This document shows positions 29,211 through 38,452 of a DNA stretch of 64,000 nucleotides, piece by piece; position 1 is the first letter of the stretch, and each line of letters starts with the position of its first letter. The DNA is from Elusimicrobiales bacterium (lineage in GTDB: Bacteria; Elusimicrobiota; Elusimicrobia; Elusimicrobiales; UBA9959). The notes below the pieces were generated by a model that was not told the origin of the DNA, searched no databases, and saw nothing but the letters and a program-made list of their open reading frames with translations. A program made the translations under genes and the position numbers. The stretch spans positions 1 through 64,000 of the forward strand of contig JBMFKQ010000002.1 of assembly GCA_049972095.1 (NCBI GenBank), read 5' to 3'.

Positions 29211-29289
29211 TGATGATGCTGAAAAGGTGTGGTTTAAGGTTTTGTGATGAGTAAAGCTTAGTTGAGATTTTTTCTAAGGAGATTTAACA

Positions 29290-31710
29290 ATGAATAATGA
29301 TATACTTAAAGAGATAAAGCAGCCACCTGCAGTTTATGATCTTAGAAAGGCTTTGCAGATTTTTATTCCATTTCTTTATCTAATGATATCGTCAGCATTT
29401 TATCTAAGAACCTATGACTCAGCTCAGGTTAAGATAACACTTCTACAAATGGGAGGAATAACAATCGCTGCTATGTGGTTTTCACTTATCATTCTTGAAG
29501 GTAAAAGAGCATTTTCAAGAGATGATTTTTTGTTTCTTTCTCCCTTTATGACATACTTCATTTATATTATATTTTCATTCATTAATGTTCCATATAAAGA
29601 ATGGTCACTTGATGATTTTGTAAGGTATCTTATATATACCCTTATTTCCCTTGTTGTTATAAGGGAGTTTGACTCACAAGCTATAGAGAGATTAACAAAG
29701 ATATTGATAGTATCAGCTTGGATAGCAGCATTCTATGGAATAGTTCAGTGGATTGATGTAACTTTTTTCCCTAAAGAAAAATACCCATTAAATGGTTTTG
29801 ACCCCTTTATATGGCGGGGAGCTTTTGGAAACAGAATATTTTCAACCTATGGAAACCCAAACTTTTTCGCAAATTATATGGTCCTCATGCTTCCGATAAT
29901 AATGACAAGATTTTTAAAGACCAGATTTATACCTCATCTTATACTTGCAGTCATTGATGTCTTTTGTGTGATAAATACATATACAAAAGGTGCATGGATA
30001 GGATTTGGGATATCAACACTGCTTTTTATAGCACTCTACCTATATTACTTTACCTCTATAAGCAAGGGGTTGATAAAGAAGATATATGTAGCTCTTTTTA
30101 TAATAGGTATTTTTGTAATTATTGGTGTTGTAAAATATGCTTTTGAGAAAAGTCTTACATCAGTTCCTTTCAGGGTTGCTACTTGGCTTTCAACATGGGA
30201 GATGATAGAAACGCATCCTGCTATAGGAAGCGGTGTTGGTTGTTTCAGACCACTCTATCCTGCATATAGAAGGCCTATAATATTTCATCTTGAGGGGAAA
30301 CATAACACTGAAACCGATCATGCTGAAAATGAACACCTTGAGCAGATTCTTGATAACGGAATAATAGGAGCAGGGATATTTTACTGGATAATCATATTCG
30401 TTAGCATAACAGCGTTGAGAGCAATAAAGAGGAAGGTTGAAGAGGGTAATAAACAAACTGCTTATGATATACTTGGATATCTTGTTTCCTTTTTAGCTAT
30501 GCTTATACACAACTTTACTGATGTCAGTATGAGGTTTGTATCCTCTGGGGTTTATCTAGGGCTTCTGCCTGCTGTTATAATAAATCTTTCAAGAGGAAGG
30601 GCTCTTTGGGAGTTTCACTATCTTATTGATGAAAGAGACAAGTTGGATAAGGAGAAAAAAAGGAAAAATGAAGGAGATTTGAAAGAACCAAAACTCAAGG
30701 TTATACCGATGATAATATCTTTTGTTGCTTTTGGATGCGTTCTTGTTGTGTCGTATATGATACTTTCAGAGTTTAATGAACTTCAAGGAAGTTTTTTTAA
30801 TTTTAGAACATCAGGTGAGATAATACTTTGGGCGGTATCATGGATTATAATGCTTGGGGCAATTATATACAGTGTTTATGTCTTTTCAAAGATTATTTTT
30901 AAGACTCATAATATTTTCGTATCCATTATTCTGATAATACTCTTTATTCCTCTGCGATTTTCACCACTCTATTACTTCTGGGGCTGGTTTAAGGCTGATG
31001 TATATCACAATATAGCAATAACCTTTTCAAAGCAGGCAAAATGGGATGATGCCCTAAGATACTATCAGAAGGTTGTTTACTACAATCCAACATTTATAAT
31101 GCCTTATTATTTTATGGGAAATGTTTTTACTGATAGATTTAATATGGTAAGGATATACATGCCTGAGTGGGGTGATAGGGATAAAAAGCCAAGAGATGAC
31201 TTTGAAAGGGCATATGAGATGTATGAAAGGGTTAGATCCCTTGCTCCAAATTATGTTCAGATGCATTATCAAATGGGAACCCTTTATCTTAAAATGGCGG
31301 ATTATCTTAGACAGCAAGGAGATTCCAAGAAAGCTTATGAATATTATGATAAGGCACTTTATAGATTTTCAATCTATCAAAATCTTGATCCAGTATTTCC
31401 ATACACCTTTTTTAGAAAGGCTCAGATATATGTTATAAAAGGGGAACTTAAAAAGGCGGAAGAGGAATATCTAAATTACATAAATGCTTACAGATGTAAT
31501 GAACACAATTTTCTTAATACTCAAAAGGTTTTTGGTAGAAAACATGAAAACCCCGAAGCATATTCAAATTTAGCAGCAATATATTATCTTATGCATGATT
31601 ATAAAAAAGCGTATCAGATGTATAAAAAGGCACTTGAGATAAACCCTGATTTTGAAATAGCAAAAAGAAATATACAGATAGTTTCATCCCTTGCTGGTAT
31701 AAAAAACTGA
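29290..31710 (+). CDS. O-antigen ligase (Wzy_C)-family membrane protein with C-terminal TPRs, copy 1
   Basis: STYGNPNFFANY, T.TKGAW.G, FR..TW....EM...HP..G.G.G.F, HAENE; TPR tail. Confidence 0.85.
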   Translation: MNNDILKEIKQPPAVYDLRKALQIFIPFLYLMISSAFYLRTYDSAQVKITLLQMGGITIAAMWFSLIILEGKRAFSRDDFLFLSPFMTYFIYIIFSFINVPYKEWSLDDFVRYLIYTLISLVVIREFDSQAIERLTKILIVSAWIAAFYGIVQWIDVTFFPKEKYPLNGFDPFIWRGAFGNRIFSTYGNPNFFANYMVLMLPIIMTRFLKTRFIPHLILAVIDVFCVINTYTKGAWIGFGISTLLFIALYLYYFTSISKGLIKKIYVALFIIGIFVIIGVVKYAFEKSLTSVPFRVATWLSTWEMIETHPAIGSGVGCFRPLYPAYRRPIIFHLEGKHNTETDHAENEHLEQILDNGIIGAGIFYWIIIFVSITALRAIKRKVEEGNKQTAYDILGYLVSFLAMLIHNFTDVSMRFVSSGVYLGLLPAVIINLSRGRALWEFHYLIDERDKLDKEKKRKNEGDLKEPKLKVIPMIISFVAFGCVLVVSYMILSEFNELQGSFFNFRTSGEIILWAVSWIIMLGAIIYSVYVFSKIIFKTHNIFVSIILIILFIPLRFSPLYYFWGWFKADVYHNIAITFSKQAKWDDALRYYQKVVYYNPTFIMPYYFMGNVFTDRFNMVRIYMPEWGDRDKKPRDDFERAYEMYERVRSLAPNYVQMHYQMGTLYLKMADYLRQQGDSKKAYEYYDKALYRFSIYQNLDPVFPYTFFRKAQIYVIKGELKKAEEEYLNYINAYRCNEHNFLNTQKVFGRKHENPEAYSNLAAIYYLMHDYKKAYQMYKKALEINPDFEIAKRNIQIVSSLAGIKN

Positions 31711-31711
31711 G

Positions 31712-34210
31712 ATGAAGATTTCTAAGATTTCTTATGATTTGATGAGATTTATTTGTGTAATTCTTTTTTTTGTCTCTCCTCTTCTTTTTTTTACAAACCT
31801 AACAAGAAACCCATATTTTTTTCAGATAGCGCTTATAAATGTATCTATAGCAATATGCTGCATTGTTATGCTTGTAGAGCTCTTTAAACAAAGGTATATA
31901 CTTCTTCACCTAAGCCCTTTTCACTTTATATTTGCTGGCATTATCCTTGTGTTTTTTATAACAAGCATTTATGGATATCTTCTTCATCTCGATTTTTTTA
32001 GACAAGCCATTATTAATGAAAACAAAAGAATATGGTTTTATACAATCTTCAATGCATTTATTCCCTTTTTTCTTGCCTCTCAGATAAGCTGTGATGAAAA
32101 AAAGAATAATAGTTTTCCATACTCTTTACTCTTTGTTTTTTTGTGGGGTATATCATGGTTTTTTTTCAAGATATTTAAAACGGCACATCCTTTTTTTGAT
32201 CTGTATGGAATTTTTTTGTGGTTATGGGGGGGGTTGTATGTTTTTTCAAAAACTGAGCTTGATTTTAGGAGTATTATACACATTGCAATGCTTTCTGGAT
32301 TTTATGCCTCGGTCTATGGAGTTCTTCAGTATTTTGGGCTTGAGATAATATGGGATAAGAATCTAACCCCTTATGGAAGAAGGGCTGTAACAACCTTTGG
32401 AAATCCAAACTTTGCATCATCGTATATGCTCATCCTTTTTCCTTTTGCTTTTTATTATTGGGTGATCTTAAAAGATAAAATCAGAAATATCTATTTTGCA
32501 ATAATGTTTTCCTTTATATCTATGATATTTGCAAGCCTTACAAGATCAAGCATTATAGCTCTGGTATTTGAGATTGTGTTTTTAGTTTATTACTTTAAAA
32601 AGAAAAAAATTATTGCAGCCTCGGATTTTAAAAAATTTGTTGTCTTTTTAATTCTTCTATCTTTTTTCTGGCCTGATCAGAGCCTTAATTTTTTTGGAAG
32701 TGGTGTTATTAAGAGATTTAAGGAGGCAATTGTCTTAAGTGTAAAACAGCCGAATATAAATGTCACAAGAGAGAATGTTTATCCATCTTTTCACCAACGG
32801 CTTCTTATATGGAGATGTGGGGTTGATATGTTTTTGGAAAATCCCTTAACCGGTAAAGGGTGGGGAAACTTTGAGCTTTTTTATCCTTTTTATCAGGGAT
32901 GGTATTTGAGAGTTAATTCTATTTTAAAAAATCTAAGGACACATGCCAATAATGCTCACAATGAGGTAATTGAGATTTTATCTCAGACAGGAATTATTGG
33001 TTTTGGAGTAGTCATACTTTTTTTAGTTAGTCTTGGCTTTCATATATACAAAAATCTTTCAGATTCAAACAAACTAATTATAATTATCTCAATCTCTATT
33101 GCTGCAATGATAATTGATAATATGCTTAATGTATCTATTCATTTTGCGGTGCCTGGGCTTCTCTTTTTCTCCCTTCTTGGTTCTCTTGTTTGGCATATAT
33201 CATATAATAAAATGGTTAGATTTGAAAAATTCAGATATCTTTTCCCACTGATTATAATTGTAATGTTTTTTTATATATTTAGCTGGATAAGGTATTTTAA
33301 AAGAGAGGTATGGTATTTTGCTGGATTTAAGGAGATGAGAAAAGGGAATTATATATCTGCAAAGATCTACCTTGAAAAAGCATTCTCGGCTCATCCTTAT
33401 GAGGTTAATACTAACTATGAGCTTGCAAATTCCTATGTTAAGAATGGAGAGTTCAAAAAAGCCCTTGAAGCCTATTCCTATTCTTTAAAAGCAAATGCAG
33501 GTTATGATGAGATATATTTTAATATGGCAATTGTACAAAAAAATCTTGGTCTTTTTGAGGAGGCATTGAAAAACCTTAGAACCTCCATATGGATAAATCC
33601 AGGCAATGAAAAGGCCTACTATGCATATGCCGAAATAGCATCAAAAATGAATAATGCTGAGTCTTTAAATATCATTGAGGATGGTTGTAGAAATCATCCT
33701 GATGATGGATATATGTTGTGGCTTTGTGGTTATTTTAAAGAAAATGGAAAGAATATAGCTGAGGCTGAAAAATATTATGCAGCTGCTGTGTTTTCTGATC
33801 CGGTTAATTCAGTTTATATTGAGTCTCTTAAAAAGATTAATCCAAAATCTTTTGCTATTGAGTTTTCTGATCTTTATAGAAAGGCTGTTATTGAAAATAG
33901 CTATAATATAAAGACTGCTTTTAAGATTATTGCTGAGATTGAAAAGCATCCTTATAATTCATACAGATTAAAATATCTAAAAGCAAAACTGATGTATGAT
34001 TCAGAAGATTATGAAAGAGCATTAACGCTTTTGAATGATTTAATATTAGAAAAGCCAGATTTTTACATTGCCTTAAAATCCTTGGCACTTGTTTATGAGA
34101 AAATGGGAAAAAATGATCTTGCAATTCATTTTTATGAGAGATATCTTTCTTACAAACCTGATAGCCAGGATGTTAGAAGCAGAATAGATTTTTTAAAAAA
34201 AGTGAAATAA
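31712..34210 (+). CDS. O-antigen ligase (Wzy_C)-family membrane protein with C-terminal TPRs, copy 2
   Basis: TFGNPNFASSY, SLTRSS, QRLLIW....M...NPL.G.G.GNF, NAHNE; long TPR tail. Confidence 0.87.
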   Translation: MKISKISYDLMRFICVILFFVSPLLFFTNLTRNPYFFQIALINVSIAICCIVMLVELFKQRYILLHLSPFHFIFAGIILVFFITSIYGYLLHLDFFRQAIINENKRIWFYTIFNAFIPFFLASQISCDEKKNNSFPYSLLFVFLWGISWFFFKIFKTAHPFFDLYGIFLWLWGGLYVFSKTELDFRSIIHIAMLSGFYASVYGVLQYFGLEIIWDKNLTPYGRRAVTTFGNPNFASSYMLILFPFAFYYWVILKDKIRNIYFAIMFSFISMIFASLTRSSIIALVFEIVFLVYYFKKKKIIAASDFKKFVVFLILLSFFWPDQSLNFFGSGVIKRFKEAIVLSVKQPNINVTRENVYPSFHQRLLIWRCGVDMFLENPLTGKGWGNFELFYPFYQGWYLRVNSILKNLRTHANNAHNEVIEILSQTGIIGFGVVILFLVSLGFHIYKNLSDSNKLIIIISISIAAMIIDNMLNVSIHFAVPGLLFFSLLGSLVWHISYNKMVRFEKFRYLFPLIIIVMFFYIFSWIRYFKREVWYFAGFKEMRKGNYISAKIYLEKAFSAHPYEVNTNYELANSYVKNGEFKKALEAYSYSLKANAGYDEIYFNMAIVQKNLGLFEEALKNLRTSIWINPGNEKAYYAYAEIASKMNNAESLNIIEDGCRNHPDDGYMLWLCGYFKENGKNIAEAEKYYAAAVFSDPVNSVYIESLKKINPKSFAIEFSDLYRKAVIENSYNIKTAFKIIAEIEKHPYNSYRLKYLKAKLMYDSEDYERALTLLNDLILEKPDFYIALKSLALVYEKMGKNDLAIHFYERYLSYKPDSQDVRSRIDFLKKVK

Positions 34211-34233
34211 AAATTTAATATAATTTAGTAATA

Positions 34234-35814
34234 ATGATTAGTATGAAAAGAAAAATAAAATATATTGTAATTATTGGAATGTTTTTGTTACCTAAACTTG
34301 TTGCTGGTGAGTATTCAAAACAGTTGCAGCAGGCTATACTTCTCTATCAGGAAGGGAAAAACACCGATGCGATGGACAGATTTATGGATATTCTGGTTAC
34401 AGGCAGTCCTGAGGAGAAGGCGATTGCAAGTGAATATATATCAAAGATAACACAAGGTATTCCACCGGATCAAAAAAAACAAAAATCTGATACAAATCTT
34501 ATAGTAGTAAGCAAACAAATAAAGGATACAAAGGATAAGAATGATAAAAGTGATGAATCTATCTCTGAAACAACTGATGCTGATTTGGTTTCTACGAAGG
34601 TTAGGGATAAAATTAAAGAGATCAGAGATAATATACTCCTTTCACTTTACAAGAAGGATTTTATAAAGCTTTATATGGATACTAACAATGAAAAACCAAA
34701 CATCATACTTTTAAAAGAGGATAAGATTTTTAATGAGGATATGACTTTTAAAACAAACATTATAGAGGATCTTAAAAATATTGCCGGACTTCTTGATACT
34801 CTTGGAAGGGTTACGATTACTATAATCCCAAACGGAGCTATAAGTGGGAATATGAAGATAGCAAATGTTAGAAAGGCAACAACGATACATTCGTATTTTC
34901 TTTCTCATGGACTTTCTCCTACGAAGGTTAGGCTGGATATGGTTGGAAGCTATTCGCAGTCCTCATTGTCAAAAAAGCTTGATGACTTTAATGGGATAGT
35001 TCTTGCTATAGATTATAACAAAGAACCCGAGGTTGTGGTTCCAGATTCACAGCTTCCTCAGGCTTATATAGCAGTTTATCCAGATAAAATTGATGCTTCT
35101 AAAAATGAAGCATGCGTTGTAGATTTTGCGGTTCTAACGGGCAAAAATCCCATTGCCAGCTGGAAGCTTATTTTGAGTAGGAAGACAAAAACATCTTCAT
35201 ATGCTGTTCAAAAAATAGAGGATACCTCACCTATACATTCCCAGATTGTTTTTAATGGAAGAGAAAAATTTGTTGGCTCTCTATATGAGGCAGGTGAATA
35301 TGAGTTTTCCCTTGAGGTCGCAGATACAAAAGGTAACAGTGCCAACGCAAGAAAAACTATATACCTTTCTTATACACAAGCTCAAAGCCCTACATCTGAT
35401 TTAGAGAAAACCAAAGCCTCACCCACTACTTTAGCTACAAAAGCAGTATCAACTTCAAAAACAACAATGACTTTAAAAGATAAAAAATCATCAAACTTAA
35501 AGAACAAACAACAGAAGATTCAAAAACTTTTCTGCAAGGTCTACTTCAAACCAAACACCTTTGAGATAACGAATTTGAGTATGGAGGGTCTTGAAAAGTT
35601 TGTAAGTGATGTCAAAAACTTTCCTAAATCCAAACTAATAATAACGGGATATGCGTATTCTAAAGAGCCAAAACCCAAAACAGTGGCTTATAGAAGAGCG
35701 AAGGTAGTCAAAAATCTTCTTGTTAAGAAATATAAGATAAAATCAACAAGAGTAAATATGCTTACAAAGGTTGTTAATTTCAAAAAAGGGATTGTAGAAA
35801 TAACTGTTAAATAA
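34234..35814 (+). CDS. Exported multidomain protein with OmpA-like and Ig-like domains
   Basis: Signal peptide; internal RKA..I..YF...GL.P..V; W.L..../F.G/GEY.F.L.V.D..G Ig-like pattern; C-terminal VYF....FEI/I.GYA/A.RRA..V...L OmpA-like domain. Confidence 0.7.
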   Translation: MISMKRKIKYIVIIGMFLLPKLVAGEYSKQLQQAILLYQEGKNTDAMDRFMDILVTGSPEEKAIASEYISKITQGIPPDQKKQKSDTNLIVVSKQIKDTKDKNDKSDESISETTDADLVSTKVRDKIKEIRDNILLSLYKKDFIKLYMDTNNEKPNIILLKEDKIFNEDMTFKTNIIEDLKNIAGLLDTLGRVTITIIPNGAISGNMKIANVRKATTIHSYFLSHGLSPTKVRLDMVGSYSQSSLSKKLDDFNGIVLAIDYNKEPEVVVPDSQLPQAYIAVYPDKIDASKNEACVVDFAVLTGKNPIASWKLILSRKTKTSSYAVQKIEDTSPIHSQIVFNGREKFVGSLYEAGEYEFSLEVADTKGNSANARKTIYLSYTQAQSPTSDLEKTKASPTTLATKAVSTSKTTMTLKDKKSSNLKNKQQKIQKLFCKVYFKPNTFEITNLSMEGLEKFVSDVKNFPKSKLIITGYAYSKEPKPKTVAYRRAKVVKNLLVKKYKIKSTRVNMLTKVVNFKKGIVEITVK

Positions 35815-35816
35815 TT

Positions 35817-37373
35817 ATGGCTGGCAAAAAAAAAAGATATATAGGAATATATATTGAATATAACAATATAAACATTTCTTATGCAAATATAAAAGATGCA
35901 AAGATTTCTATAAGCAATGTATTCAATATCCCTGTAGATTACAAAATAGAAGGGTTGATAAAGCCACTTTCAATAAACTCAGATTTTTTTAATGAAAAAC
36001 AAGAGTGGCTAAAAGCATTTAAAGAAACACTCAAAAAAATAAAAACGGAAACAAACTCAGTTATAATAACCCTTTCACATAATTTTTCTATTACAAGATT
36101 TTTCACAATGCCTTTTATTGAACGAAAGTTCTGGCATAAAGCAGTTCCAATAGAATCCAAAAAATATATCCCTGTGGCTTTTGATGAGCTTGGTTACGAT
36201 TTTTATGCATTTCCTGTTGGCGAGAACACACGACTCGGTGTTGTTTTTTCCGTAACTCATAAAAAAACAACAGAGTTCCTAAATCAGATCCTTAAAGAAT
36301 GCGGCTTTATTCTTGAAGCAGTTGAGCCTGTATCACATTCCTATTATCGTTTTTCAGAATATGTAACAAGAGGAAGGGATAGTTATATTTTTATTTATGA
36401 AGATAATGATGAGTTTTATATATCTGTTTTATGGAATAAGATACCAATTCTTTTTAGATACATATCATTTTCAAAAGCTGCATCCTTCTCAGAAAGAAGA
36501 AGTTTAGATCTTAAAGGTTCAATAATGTTTCTTCAAAGAAACATTCCAAACAGTGAGATAAAAGAGGTTTATGCTTGTGCAAGAAATCAAGAGTTTATTA
36601 CATCTCATGTTAAAAAAGAAATACAGATAGAGCCTAAAATTATTGATCTTAAAAATCTAATAGATTTGCAAAACACATCTTTTGGACTTATAATGTCAGC
36701 ATCATCATCACTCAATGAAGGTATAAAAACCGACTACATTATTGATATATCTGAGAATCAAAAAAACAAAAGGGCGATTGCTATAGTCAATAGATTTGTT
36801 ATTATACTTACAACAGCTATATCGCTTTTTTTCTTATTTCTTTATGCTATTAACACTCTAACTGCATATTTAAATAAGCGAAAGATATCCCAGTATTACT
36901 CTCAGATGCCTGGCATAAGCGAGTTTGAAGATGTCAATGCTTCTGGGATGGAGGATAAGATAAAACAGATATGTAAAATAGCAAGGGTTATGAAAAGTGC
37001 ATTTCAAAACCGAGACTACTTTACCCCAAAGCTTGCAGCCCTTGCTGATACCATACCAAAGGATATATGGCTCAAAAGCATAACCTATACTAATCCACCA
37101 TCAATTGACCCTTCCGTCGCCTCGAATATTGATATGACAGTAGAAGGTGAGACATATCTTGTTGGAGATAGCAGATCATATTATATGGATTATTTTATAA
37201 AGGAACTTAAAAAAAAGAAGGCTTTTGAAGTTTTTACTCCGCCACGAGGAAACCTTGATTATGAGGTTAAAAATCCTGAAAATCCTATAGGCTCATCATC
37301 ATTAACAGAGATTTCTAAAGACTACAAAGGTTTGATAAGCAAGATAAAGATAACAGCAAGTGGGAAAAAGTGA
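35817..37373 (+). CDS. Fused PilM-PilN (GspL-like) assembly protein
   Basis: N-terminal actin-like PilM pattern (R.F.MP, E.KKYIP.AFDEL..DF), one TM near aa 325-350, C-terminal L..LA..IP.DIWL.SI PilN pattern; precedes pilO. Confidence 0.75.
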   Translation: MAGKKKRYIGIYIEYNNINISYANIKDAKISISNVFNIPVDYKIEGLIKPLSINSDFFNEKQEWLKAFKETLKKIKTETNSVIITLSHNFSITRFFTMPFIERKFWHKAVPIESKKYIPVAFDELGYDFYAFPVGENTRLGVVFSVTHKKTTEFLNQILKECGFILEAVEPVSHSYYRFSEYVTRGRDSYIFIYEDNDEFYISVLWNKIPILFRYISFSKAASFSERRSLDLKGSIMFLQRNIPNSEIKEVYACARNQEFITSHVKKEIQIEPKIIDLKNLIDLQNTSFGLIMSASSSLNEGIKTDYIIDISENQKNKRAIAIVNRFVIILTTAISLFFLFLYAINTLTAYLNKRKISQYYSQMPGISEFEDVNASGMEDKIKQICKIARVMKSAFQNRDYFTPKLAALADTIPKDIWLKSITYTNPPSIDPSVASNIDMTVEGETYLVGDSRSYYMDYFIKELKKKKAFEVFTPPRGNLDYEVKNPENPIGSSSLTEISKDYKGLISKIKITASGKK

Positions 37374-37951
37374 TTATGAATATCAAATTTTCAGAGATAA
37401 AGATCTATATTAAAAACTTATTTAGTGATATTCAGGCTGTTTATAATGAAAAGGGAGCTGAACCATTTAAAAAACCGCTTGTAATATCCCTGATAGTAAT
37501 AATAGCTCTATATATACTTTATCACTCATCATCTTCAAGGCTTAGTGATATCAAAGATAGAATTAAATGGATAGAATCTATTAAGGATTATTATAATGAA
37601 TATACATCATCAAAGGAAACAATAAAAAGATATTCGTCAAAGGTTGCAGCATGGAAGGATAAGGATGATTTTTTAAACTATACACTTACAAGCATAGCAT
37701 CGAAAAATGGTATAGCCTTTTCATCTCTTGAAGCGCAAAAGGAAATGACTTTTGATAGAGTATATTATGTGACCAAACAAGTTAAGTTTACAACCACATA
37801 TGAGAAGATGATTAAATTTCTTGCAGAGATTGAAACATCAGAGCTTTTTTTAGAGATATCTCAGATAACAATAAGCAAAAAAGAAAGCCCTAGTCAGCTT
37901 GGTGAGGTTGATGTTGATTTGACGCTTGGAACTATTTTTATTAATCTATGA
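37370..37951 (+). CDS. pilO: PilO/GspM-like protein
   Basis: Single TM, coiled coil, Y..M.KFL.EIE....FL.I..I.I pattern; operon position. Confidence 0.75.
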   Translation: MIMNIKFSEIKIYIKNLFSDIQAVYNEKGAEPFKKPLVISLIVIIALYILYHSSSSRLSDIKDRIKWIESIKDYYNEYTSSKETIKRYSSKVAAWKDKDDFLNYTLTSIASKNGIAFSSLEAQKEMTFDRVYYVTKQVKFTTTYEKMIKFLAEIETSELFLEISQITISKKESPSQLGEVDVDLTLGTIFINL

Positions 37952-38442
37952 GAATGAGAGAGATAATTACAATTATTGTTTTTTATCTTGTAATGGTAAA
38001 CATCGTTGGATTGATAATATATAGTGATCTATTTGCTTCCAAAGAATTTAGAATGAGCGTTTCAGATACAGAAGGTTCTAATGTTAGTATATCTACGGCG
38101 ACATTTTTTTTTCCTCAAAGCACAAGGAACCCCTTTTTAAGTCCTATGGATTATGAGATAATAAAAAAAATGGAAGAGGAGAAAAGAAAAAGGGATGAAC
38201 TTTTAAAACGAATGGATGAAGAAAGCAAAAAAAACAAACCAACAAAAAAACAAGATCCTGTTGATGATTATATTAGGACCATGAAACTTCAGGGTATTGT
38301 TGGAAGATATGCTATAATAAATGGAGTTATGGTTGAGGAAGGGAGATACTACACAAGAAAAAAAATACTTATAGAAAAAATTTTTTCAAATTATGTTATA
38401 ATTAATTATAAAGGAAAAAGATACAAGCTTGTGATAAAATAA
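37948..38442 (+). CDS. PilP-like protein
   Basis: RNPF motif, LQGIV...AIING..V.EG beta domain; upstream of the secretin. Confidence 0.65.
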   Translation: MRMREIITIIVFYLVMVNIVGLIIYSDLFASKEFRMSVSDTEGSNVSISTATFFFPQSTRNPFLSPMDYEIIKKMEEEKRKRDELLKRMDEESKKNKPTKKQDPVDDYIRTMKLQGIVGRYAIINGVMVEEGRYYTRKKILIEKIFSNYVIINYKGKRYKLVIK

Positions 38443-38452
38443 AGGAGGAGAG

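Noticed and set aside
7715..29289. tRNA genes as integration sites for islands or prophage
   Set aside because: No integrase seen, no duplicated tRNA 3' end noticed, and the flanking genes look like core genes.
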